From NCBI RefSeq assembly GCF_000143415.4, contig NW_003314303.1, positions 1,266,004-1,330,003 of the forward strand: 64,000 bases of DNA. The letters run 5' to 3'. Origin of the DNA: Selaginella moellendorffii. Taxonomy: Eukaryota > Plantae > Lycopodiophyta. The translations under genes and the position numbers were made by a program. Shown in pieces: positions 50,437 to 61,607 of the stretch; the first letter of the stretch is position 1, and each line of letters opens with the position of its first letter. Under the pieces are notes generated by a model, which was not told where the DNA came from, did not search any database, and saw only the letters and a list, made by a program, of their open reading frames with translations.

Positions 50437-50998
50437 CAAAGGAGACCCGCGATTTCTATCCTCGAGAGCTAAGATCCTAGACACCACTCTCTTGATCTTG
50501 TGGCTGGATCAACCATCTGTCCCCTGTCCTACGCTTAGCCGGGACGGCGGCACTCCAGGAGCTCGGGGCTTCACCTCGCGGGACATTTAGGAAACCCCGT
50601 GAGCTCCAGCTTGATCCTCCATGACTGACCCACCCGGAAGATTTGCGCCCTTACCCACAATTCCCAGCGATCCGCGCTCCAACGCCCAAGAATTCCTGCG
50701 TCGCAGCACTGGCGAAGCTTGCGAAGCGAATCCACAGCGGCAAGGAAGGATAGACGCGAACAAAAGAAAGAAAGATTATACTCGACCCTTCCACAATCCT
50801 AGCTGGCGCACGCCACGCGGACGTGGCTCAGCCAGCAGGGCGGAAATCTCGGAAGATTTTTCCCCGGCCAAGTCGAGCTGGCATGCCACGCGGCGTCCCG
50901 GGACTCGCTGATCCTGTCCACGTTGGCGGCGAATCATGCGGATCTAATGGAGGGACGCGAGTGGTGAGAGGATCAAATGGGTGGCCAACCAGCACACG

Positions 50999-51066
50999 AG
51001 ATATTTTGTGGACACGTGGCATTTTTACTACGACGAATTCTGGTGGTCGGCTTCCCTCCACGTGGC
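50999..51066 (-). promoter_or_regulatory. Evening element plus G-boxes upstream of the PRR
   Basis: AGATATTTT at 50999-51007 (AAAATATCT on minus); CACGTG at 51013-51018 and 51059-51064. Confidence 0.7.
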
Positions 51067-52006
51067 GAGGGTTAAATTGCGGGAATATTCGCTCAGACCC
51101 TACAATAAAGCAAAAGATAAAGTAAAAGCGCTTCGCTTTTTTCTCTTTAACGCGCTTTAGAAGGACTTGATCGATTCTGCTGCCAGTAGTCGAAACCTTT
51201 GGACAGGTGGGCTAAAGGTCGATCATTCCAGATACCATACTGTTGATCACTCAATCTATCTTAGAATATATTTCTTGACCGATTGTCCTTTTTATCGTGG
51301 TCTCTTGCTTTGAGAGCCACGTACCATCAATTTATCCTTTTAAGATAAGGATAAGCCTAGTATTTTATAACAACGTATTGCTATGAAGTACAGTTGAATT
51401 CTTTATAAAAAACATTTTCATCCAAAGTAAGTCATCAAACTTGCTAAGTTTTAACACAACGAATTAAGTGAATTCTCTAACAATATAGAGAATTAAAAAT
51501 TGTCTACATATAGAGTGTTAACTTTTGTTTGGAAATGAAGTGTGTCTATAATCTATATATCTATGCCGACCTCTGCTGAGATCCAGCCCATGCTCACCAC
51601 ATTTTTCGAAAGAAGAAACCGGTGACTATCCTCAGTGACATTCCTACCACTGCGGCAACGAAAAGCAACAGGACTCACAGCTGAGTTCCTTAAACACCCA
51701 CTTACTATAATGCTTCGTCAACTTCTGCAAAGCATTTGACACAGTTCCTTGCCACAACACCAAGTGAAGTTCCCGGGGCTCCTTTATCTCCCACACTGTT
51801 CAGGATGGTGTGTTCACAGGGCATGTTGTATGGTAGCTTCGCTACTAGTGTTGGCGCAGCTATTGATTCCAGCGCTTTTATCCTGCACTTGAAACCATCA
51901 ACAAAAACCCTGACCTCGGAAAAGCTCTTGATATTTTCTTGACTTCAAGAAAAGCGAAGGCGCTATGCAAAGTGATATCCAAACCGAATGCCTAGAGATT
52001 GTCTTA

Positions 52007-52173
52007 CCCTTCAACCAGATCTGCAGCTAGAGAGCGCCCCAAGAAGGATTCGGTTTAGGGTGTCTCTCTCCAAACTCCACTAGATTGGGGCTCTCTTGAT
52101 CTGACCCAGCATTGATTTTTCTCCTGGGAAATGCGAGGACATGGATCTTTGGAGACGTACCTTGAGAAGCCAT
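52007..52173 (-). pseudogene. Probable UDP-glycosyltransferase 5' relic
   Basis: The ATG at 52173 reads MASQGTSPKIHVLAFP, a typical plant UGT N-terminus (HVLxFP). Homology then breaks and a stop follows. TATATATA lies ~65 bp upstream. Confidence 0.5.
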
Positions 52174-52305
52174 AGGCGGGAGAGTCTTGCGAAGTCACTG
52201 AATGACTCGTTGACTTTGGAGATGGGTTGCGTAAAGTATATATATATTCCACCACACAAACTTTTGTTTGAATTGATGCGAAAACGAATATAGCGCTCAA
52301 GAATC

Positions 52306-54377
52306 CTAGAGTCGGAAGGTAACGAGCTCGGGATCAATGCCGGCGGGCGCCGTGCTGCCCTGGCCTGGATCGTGTGCCAGCTGCTTGGCAATCGCCATAG
52401 CGGTGCCCAGGTAATCTTTGTGCTGCTGGAGCAGTGGGAGTTTGGTCCATTCCTTGTGTAATGTGGCCTTGGCGGTGGTGTTGATGCTGTTCTTCTCCTC
52501 GTATTTCCAGTTCCCAGTCTGCCACTCGAATTCGTAGAGGGGGAGAAAGCGCTGGCCATAGTCCGCCACGAACTCTATGGCGCACAGCAAGAAATGGAAC
52601 TCTTCCTTGGAGAGGAAGTATGCGAAGTTCAAGCGCGTCCATCCAGGTTTGACACCGCTATATCCCTGTGAGAAAAAAAAAAAGTTCTTTCCTCGTTAGA
52701 AAAAAGCTCCTTGGCGAAACCTTCTATTGTTTTGCTTCTCAACCTCTTGAATTGCTGCTCGAAATTTCAGGGAAAGCTCATCACTGACTTTGAGAAGCGA
52801 GTGGCCGTAAGGACCAGCACACGAGCACCCTCCTCTCGACTGGATCCCAAACAAATCGTTGAGGAGCTTGGCTACAAACCGGCCTTGCAGCACGGTTTGC
52901 TGGATTCCACGGTTGGAATCAGTGGTCCGGACGAGGAACGAGACGATTGCTGCTCGTTTCACTTGCGTGTTCCCGAGCACCACTATCTTTCGGTTCTTGG
53001 ACAACCTTTTCAACGCGGTGGTGATGAAGTTGTGCTCTCTCGACTCGATGAGACGGTATCCTATTTCTTCTTGGACAGTGAAGACAATCCCGGCTTTTAT
53101 CCGCTGGAGTATGGAAGGTGTTCCAGCGTCTTCTCGGCTTTCAATGTCCTCCAGGTAGAGTGTGTCCTGGTATGAGTTTGTTTAGTGTTGGTTTTCTTTT
53201 TTCTTTCGCTGGAAAGGGAACTGACCTCTTTGTTGTAGTTGACGAAGTCTACCACTCCTCCGCCTGTTGTCGACGGTGCGTGATCCTTGAGCTTGTAGAG
53301 CTTTTTGTTCATGCAAAGCAGGCCCGGTGTTCCTGGCCCTCCGACATACTTGTGTGGACTCAGCATCACAGCATCGTATCCATCAGCTTTTCGCGATCGC
53401 ATGTTGATCTTCACATATGGACCGCTGTTGATCAGATTCGGCAAGTAAGCTTCTTTTCGTCCTTGTTAAAAGATCTCGTCTTACTTACCAGCTTGCAAAA
53501 TCAAAACATGCTAATGTTCCATGTTTGTGTAGAAGGCGAGCGATGGCTCTAGTGTCCACTAAAACTCCCGTGACATTACTACAAGCTGAGAAGGAGCCCA
53601 GCTTTGGACGATCTGCGTGCTTGGGATTTTGCAGCTCCTCTTCGAGGTACTTCATGTCAATCAATCCATCCTCGGTCATTGGAACTTGAATAACCTGTGG
53701 TTTAAACAGCTGACAGATTGAAAGAAACGAAAAAGTCCAACCTCGGCAAGACTTTGGCTCCAGGGAAGAATGTTGGAATGATGTTCGTATGGGCCCATGA
53801 ACACCAGCCATCTCGTCCTGTCATCGATCGCTGCCACGGCTGACTCTCTCATTTGGGGCGGCACAGACAAGCCCAAAAGTTCGTGGAGCTTTTTCACAGC
53901 TGCAGTGGTTCCAGAGCCGCAGAAAAAGAGAGCATTGTCCTCGGTTCCTCCCAGGGACTCCTTGACATAACTCGTAGCCAGTTTCACCATCCGGGTGGTC
54001 TTCTCTCCGACGTAGCTGTCCTCGGCATGCATGTTCCCTGAAACAGAATGCAGCGGGTCCAGATATGCAGAAGAGAATTCACGGCTTCACTCACCGTAGG
54101 ACGGCATGACGTGCTTGATGAGGAAGTTTTCTATATAGAACAAGCAGCGGCCAGAGGCAGTGTAATCGGCATAAGTGAGAAGCCTGCTGCCGAATGGTGT
54201 GGAGATTTGGAGCTGGGAGCCGATGATCTGGGATCTGAGCCAGACACACTTTTGCTCATCGTCAAAGGGGCTGAAGAACTTGAAAGGATTGGGCTTGAAG
54301 TCTGGCTGCCAATCCTCCTTGATGCTGGGAGTTATGTTGCTGGCCTTGAAAGCTGACTTTGAAGCAAAGCACCTCAT
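52306..54377 (-). CDS. Class V PLP aminotransferase, cysteine desulfurase-like, multi-exon
   Basis: LTYADYTASGR, GPYEHHSNILPW, SFSACSNVTG, FDFAS, SPHKYVGGPG (PLP Lys), QSRGGCSCAGPYG, KPGWTRLNF. Confidence 0.92.
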
Positions 54378-55154
54378 TGTCTTATTGGTGAGCACTCTCT
54401 TACTTTGCTTATGATACGTTTGCTACCTATAACTTTTAATGAATTTTGTGGTAGTAGGATCTTATTACTCGTAATATTTGTAATTCATTTTTACTACTAA
54501 TTACTGTAAGTTATTATATTTGTAATACAAAACTGCTTTAGATAGTTTCACTGCCTATAAGTATGGTATGAAATGCTTTAGTCCTAATATGGTAAGGAAA
54601 TAACATGTTTTGTCAAGCTTGACAAATTCTAAGAGACTTATCACCTAAGTGGGTTCTTAGTCTTTTGTTGACCATTGCAAATCCCACTTGATTACTTTCA
54701 AATATCTATAAGGTCAACAAAATACTAGGAATTCATACTATTCAAATCTAAGAATGTTATATTAAAGATTTTTAACCAATTGGAAAAGGGATGCATTTTT
54801 ATTCATAAATTCTTTCTTTTTATATTTTAACCCCTATAAATTGTCTTTCAAATCATTCTTTTAGTTATTTATAATCCATCATGCTTCCTTATAAGCTTCC
54901 TTGTAAATAGAAGTTGAAAATTGTAACTCTCTCAAGAACCCCACTCTCTTAACACCCTACCTCTTGGGTCGAGCTCATCCAAAAGCAAATTAAATTTGCC
55001 AAATGTCAATTTTAATATATAGTGTGATAAATCAAGTTTGTAAACAAAAGTTAAAAGTCATAACCCTTCCAAGAGCCTCACTTTCTTTACACTCTACCCT
55101 TCAAATCGAGCCTACTTAGAGGCAAATTAAACTTGCCAAATGTCAATTTCAATA

Positions 55155-58100
55155 TATGGTATGACATACTATACTTTTGGAACCCCCCAAAGGCCCCCCC
55201 CCCCCCCACCCCCCCCTGGGGGACGATCACTTTGGGCTTTCACCCAACTGCCTGTATTAGTATTCGGACTCGGACTCGGTCTCGGTCCCGGTTTCAGACT
55301 CGGACCTCGGTCTCGGTTCCATCTCGACTCCATCTTGGACTCCATCTCAGACTCCATCTCGGGTCCATCTCGGACTCCATTTTGGGTCCATCTCAAACTC
55401 CATCTCAGACTCCATCTCGGGTTCATCTCGAACTCTTCCACGTGTTATGTGTTAGTCCTTTTTGGGTCTCTTTTTAGAGCCTCGCTTATTGTTCACTTCG
55501 TGCTCATTTCTCGAGCACTTTGTTGGGAGTTCCATGTAAGCAACCAAAGAGAACGACTCGAGAGATGATCCATAGGGTTCAAATATAGAAGGAAAGGGCC
55601 CATGAACAAGAGTGCACCCCCTTTTCCAATCGGTTAAGGGTCTTGGGATACTTAAGGTTAAGCGTCCTTGGATTTGAATAGTACTGGGCTGGGTGACCTC
55701 CCAGGAAGTCCAAACTTAGGAGCTTACATTTCATATCAGAGCGGTCTCAGGTCCGACTCTGTTGGTTGGATTGGGGAATCACACCACATGTTAATTGACA
55801 TCTGGCTTCTGTTCACGAGGGCGTGAACTTGTAAGGAAGCATGGTGGATTGTAAGCAACCAAAGAGAACGACTCGAGAGACGATCCATAGAGTTCAAATA
55901 TAGAGGGAAAGGCATGAACAAGAGTGCACCCCCTTTTCCAATCGATTAAGGGTTTTGGGATACTTGGGGTTAAGCGTCCTTGGGTTTGAATAGTACTGGG
56001 CTGGGTCTCTCGACCTATCAAATCAGAGCTTTTAGTCCAAACATGTTACGCTCGTTTGGCTTTTGCTTCAGCCACTACCACATGGCACCTTTCCGGCTCC
56101 ACTTTGGGGCCTAGGGATTTTGTGTCTCACAACTCCACCACCCATAGACGAAGTTCGATGTCCTCATCAAATGGTAAACCCTTTTATAAAGTAACACTCG
56201 CAGGTATTACCATTTCCATCCTTGGCACCCAGCCAATATTTATTTATGGTTTGACCCCGAAGGCTCACTATGCCTTGTCCATCCTCTAAGGAGCATAGTC
56301 TCTCCAACCTAGAGACTCACTCAACCACTTGGGGTGGTTTGCTCCCTTTTATTGGTTCAGTTCTCGCTAAATCCGTTAGAGACACCCTCTCTAACTCAAT
56401 TTCACTACTCATTCTTGAGTAGTCTTAAATTCCATTGACCTAACCTTTGCACTTTGGAACTTTCAACTTTAACTTCTCAAAGTCAATGTCCTAGGTGTCT
56501 CCGACACCTTACGTTGCACATGGTGCAACTCCACTTCCCTATCCTAGGAAGTTCTTTACTTGAGGGTACTATCATCCTCTCTTCGATATCGTGCCACCTT
56601 TGGCACTAAGTTCCAGTTATCATAATTGGTGTTAGAGCTGCCCACGGCCCTATTATTTGGCTACCTTACCACTCCCCCTTTTGGAGCATCCACTTTTGCC
56701 AAATTGGAGCGGTTGGGAATCCATCCTTGGGGAAATATTGCCTTTCCCATAATCTGTTAGCACCCAACACGTTAGTGTTCTCAGCCTAACTTTGTCATTT
56801 GGTTTCTTTCCCATGATTCCCATGGCTCTTTTTTTAGCCACTAGTCTTTTGCTCCTATCCTTGGTTGTTGCACCCAGCAACATAGGACCGCTACCTCCCT
56901 TTTCGAGGTTTCCTTTCGGTTCCATGGCAAACACTTTGTTTTGCCAAGTCCTAAGCGTATTGACCCCTAGCACGTCTCTTTAACATTTTCTGCCGCGGGT
57001 TCTATCCACAGCTCAACTTTTTGAGACCCTCCCTTGGATCTCTTATAGAGGCTACTTTCCTCAGATTTATTATGCAATAGCATTAATATAGTTCATTTCC
57101 CTTAGGTGTTCTTCCCACTTGGTCACCTTGACCAAGCCACACCATTATCAATAGTTCAAATCAATGCTTTGAATTAGAAACCTTGTTCCTTAACCTCATA
57201 AGGACCTCATCCTTTTTTAGCCGTACGATCACCTAGTGGTCTAATCTGGACACCTTAAAAGGTTTGCCAATAGGTACTAGGTTTTCCAGACCTTTAACTT
57301 GTTGACCATGACCCCGGGGGCATCCCCCACACTTAGCGATGTGCCCAAGCTAGCCCTTCCGGCCAAGGGTCCATAGCAACTGAGACTAGGTGTCCCCATC
57401 TCATTCACCACGTCCTTGGTGCCACTCGCACCAAAGTGTTCAAGTTAAATATGCCGAGCCACACTAAGCAATCTAACCGTGTATCACGACTCCAGGGCAT
57501 CCCCCACTCGGTGGTGTGCCCAAGCCAATCTCCGCACTGAGAGTCCATGACCACTGAAAAATGAGTGTCCTCATATTCCAAACCATCACCACGCCCTAGT
57601 GATTTGGGACTCGAACCCAAGCACTAAAGGGTCGGGACTCGAACCCAACCTCCGTATATGCATCTATAGACAACATCACCCAGGATGCCTGGCGTGACTC
57701 TCCATGCCAGTGCACCAACTTTTACTCAAAGCATGCTATAGATCACAACTTAGGAACCTAGTTCCTTCACACTGCCAAGTCCTCTCACTTGACACGTCTG
57801 TGATCATGCATGGACTCCTCCATGCTTGGCCCCATGGCCCACCCTTTTTAAAGTTATCACCTTCAACTAGGGTATTTGTTCCCCCGACTTGCCAATCTCG
57901 CTTGGCAAGTCCTCCGACCACCATAACATGGTTCCTGCATAAGCGTGAAAGTCCTTAACTATCGACTTTCGTTCAAATCCCTCTCTTTGAACACTTGGGA
58001 ACTACTCCCTTAACTTTGATAGCCTTGCCTCATGGCAAGCTTCAAGACCACACTTCTACTGCACCACTCCAATTTCATGCATTCCATGAACCATTTACAC

Positions 58101-61100
58101 TTGGCCCTTCTAGGTACTAGCTACCTAGAATCGTCTTTGGGAACCTTGAAGGAACTTTGTCCCTTAGCTTGTTAAGGCCTCCCTTTTCGCAAGCTTTCTA
58201 GTTGCCATATAGTTTAATATGGACAATTCTATATTTTAGACTTTCCATGGCATCACGGTTGCTAACAACAACACCCTCGAGCCCCCACTTGATTCTCCAC
58301 TCCCAGCTAGCATAACCAACCTTGGTCATGCCTTTCGATTCCTATGGTTCGGTTCCATCCCCTTACTACTTGCTTTTGGCTTCACACCTTTCCTTCGGTC
58401 ATTCTCCTCTAGATTAGGAGGATAGTTTTGCACTTTTTATCATGCCTTAGCAAGTATTCTTAGGGATGAACCTACCTGATAGCCTAGGGAGTGGTTCCTC
58501 AATCCAGGTATGCTCACCTTATAATCCCACACACCGAGATTAATGTTGCTGCTCATGGGCCTTCACTAGCCTTGCCAAAATTCCATTTTTGGCTTTGTCC
58601 AATTTGGGTAGACAGTCTTCTCCCGTCTCCGCAACCTTGGACATTTGGATAGCACCTTTTATCCATCATTCGCTAGGGACTTAGTCCCTTGGGCTTTATC
58701 TATTGCCCTTGCGACACTAAACACCACCTCTTGGTGTTCCAGAGTGTTTGGGTGTCCCAATAATAGTCTCCTTGACAATGAGCATTTCCTTTTACGACAT
58801 TGACTCACTATATCGCAACATAAGCAATTTATCACCTATAAGGGTATATCTAACTTCCTTATGCTATTAAAAAGTCTTGGGTAGCTACCTTCTACCTGTT
58901 TAACCAATTATCTTTGCACCTCTTGCTTAGTTGCCCCCTAATTGTCAAGTCCTACCACTCATTGTTTGGTGCTTCCACACCTCCAACATTATCTGGGTCA
59001 CCACACTCCAATCGCATGCCTTCCAGCTTAAGCCATGCCATTCCCGCTTCCGTTGGGATTCCCTTGGCAAGAGGTTCTTATGAACCCACCATCATAACCT
59101 CAAGGTATCACACCTTGGCACATTTGGTGTCTCCACACCATCGGCCCTACGAGCCTATCCTTATGACACTACTTATTAGTGTCTAGGTCTTTGCCAAGAC
59201 CAATATAATTGTTTCTCATGCTAACTATCTGTTAATACCGCACTATAGTGTTTGCACCCAATTATGGGCCAAAGTTGCTTTCTTCTGGGAACATCTTTCC
59301 CACAACTTTAGTATGGCACATTCTGCCATCAATGAGATACCCACTGTACTCATACTTGGATCTTATGATCCTCCCCATACCTCATGGGGCAACATACACC
59401 TCAGTCCAAATGCTTCTACCAATCCTTTAGGACCATTCCTTGACTCCACTTGAGTCATCAAGCATTTTGGACTTTGCTAATCCCCCGAAATATAAGGTCT
59501 TACTTTTGAGGTGCTAACTCACTGGAATATAACTTTTTATATTCAGGTCCTGCTCACAAGGACCATCTTTGCAAGTGTTACTCCAACACTTGATTTGTTC
59601 TCTTGGGGCAACCTTTTGCCCCTTAGGACCACTTGTCCATGTGATGAGAACACCAACTCATCCTCTGAGTACACCCCCAACTCCTTGGGTTGTTCCAGCA
59701 TTTATTAGAGGTAGCTCCGGCTACCATTTCAAGGACTTATATCCTCTTCTGTATTTGACTTCCCATGGTCATCAATTCTAGTCTCAAAGTTGTGAACACT
59801 AGCCTCAACTATATGAGGGTAATCTTGTAACTCCTTTATTGTTTTGGAGTCTGCATATTTCCCGTGATCCCAACTGTAGTTGTTTACCACAACTACTTCA
59901 GCCAGTTTGCTAAGTCAAACGCTCATCTGGATCACATCCTCAGCTCTCTAAGGAAATCCTTATACTGTTCCCAAGATGCCAAAGTCGTTCCCTTACTGGC
60001 CCTTTTCTATCCACCACATCATGCCCAAGTTCACGCATGAACTTGAGTGGAGAGCCATGTCCTCTCGACATGCTATTCCTCAAGGATAGGCCCACTCCTA
60101 GGACCTTCTGATGCCAACATCAATGGTGATATACATGAGCACCAATAAAAGTCGGACTAAGGAACAGCTCCAATACCAAGTTGTAAGCGACTAAATTTTC
60201 TATTCTACTTTAGTCACTTAACCACACCTCTGACCACTTGGAGGAGTCTCATTCACAACCTCCTTAAGTCCAATTCAGGACTTGGGACTTGTTAGTCCCG
60301 AGAATGGCATCTATGCCACTCAACCCTTGCACTTGGTCCAAGTGCTCCACGTGTCCAGTCCCAAGACCGACACCCAAAGTTACCACTGACATATCGGCCT
60401 GTTACGCTAAGGCCATGCCCATTCACCTTTGCCGCACTGGTGGTCTAATACCACTTGCATCACAATCCTATCTCTCCAAGATTGGGCCGTCCGTTCACAA
60501 GTGGTCATCCCAAATCCACTCCTTAGCATCCTTAGAATGCCCACAGACATGGGGAATAGCCTTCCCCAACATCCTTTTGTCAGTTCCTACCAAGTCCCTT
60601 TTTCATCCATGGCCATGTTCACCAACACTGCCACTAGATCAAGGCCCACAGGCCCGGCCACTAAGTCCTATTGTCCTCTGGGACTTCCTCGCCATGTAAC
60701 CGTATCTGTAGTCATTACACTAGAGGATTGCTCCTCCTCCTTTCCCCCATTTGGGACTTCGAGACAACATTTTGGAACACCGTGGCCCTACGCGAGCCCC
60801 GTGGGTACTCTCCCCGCCTTCCGCCTTTAGGTGCTCTAGCCATGGGCTTAGAACGAGGTTCCGTTGAGCCACACCAGGTATCCAAGTAGGTAGTGCCACC
60901 CACACTTGGATTGGGAGCATCGGCCAGTTGATCTCCCGGGGGATGGGGAGGCAGCTCATCATCTATGCACCAAGGTTCCCCCCTTGGGGGGCCGTATTCC
61001 CTTTAGTTTTGGACTTCCCCGGGGTCAGTTCATCCCCCAACCCGGGGTTTAGCCTTCCTGGGCCAAAATAGCCTTTCCTGGGCCAAAATGGCCTTTCCTG

Positions 61101-61607
61101 GCCAAAAAAGTTCCCTTAGGGTCCAACCCCCCCACTTTCCCTTTTATATTTTTGGAACCCCCGGGAGGCCCCCCCCCCCCCCCCCCCCAGGGGATGATCG
61201 CTTTGGGCTTTCACCCAACTGCCTATATTAGTATTCAGACTCGGACTCGGTCTTGGTCCCGGTTTCGGACTAGGACTTGGTCTTGGTCTTGGTCTCGGTC
61301 TCGGTTCCATCTCGGACTCCATCCTGGGTCCATCTTGGACTCCATCTCGGACTCCATCTCGGGTCCATCTCGGACTCTTCCACGTGTCATGTGTTAGTCC
61401 TTTTTGGGTCCCTTTTTAGAGCCTCGCTTATTGCTTGCTTCGTGCTCATTCCTCAAGCACTTTGTTGGGAGTTCCACTCCCGCTCTCAACCTATCAAGTC
61501 AGAGCTTTTAGTCCAAACGTGTTACGCTCGTTTGGCTTTCGCTTCAGCCACTACCACATGGCACCCTTCTGGCTCCACTTTGGGGCCTAGGGATTTTGTG
61601 TCTCACA
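55155..61607 (-). mobile_element. Decayed LTR retrotransposon, probably Ty3/gypsy
   Basis: Direct repeats 55155-56131 and 61146-61607 both begin TGTGAGACAC on minus. PPT-like GGGTGGTGGAGT precedes the left LTR; the ~4.5-kb interior is full of stops. The superfamily call is tentative. Confidence 0.75.
55535..56006 (+). mobile_element. Young 5S-rRNA-containing TRIM (Cassandra-like): LTR - PBS - 121-bp interior - PPT - truncated LTR
   Basis: LTR1 55535-55728 (TGTAAGC...GCTTACA); PBS-like TTTCATATCAGAGC; PPT AAGGAAGCATGGTGGAT; LTR2 55850-56006; 5S-like core at 55656-55711. Confidence 0.88.

Noticed and set aside
55265-55440. CRISPR-like array
   Set aside because: Contiguous 6/12-bp tandem repeats without unique spacers, inside a eukaryotic LTR.
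55656-55711. Genuine 5S rRNA gene
   Set aside because: It lacks the 5S 5' part and 3' end/T-terminator and is embedded in an LTR.
60680-60700. LTR end and PBS of the large element (minus GTTACA-TGGCGAGG)
   Set aside because: Plausible, but the left LTR is truncated so the boundary cannot be verified.
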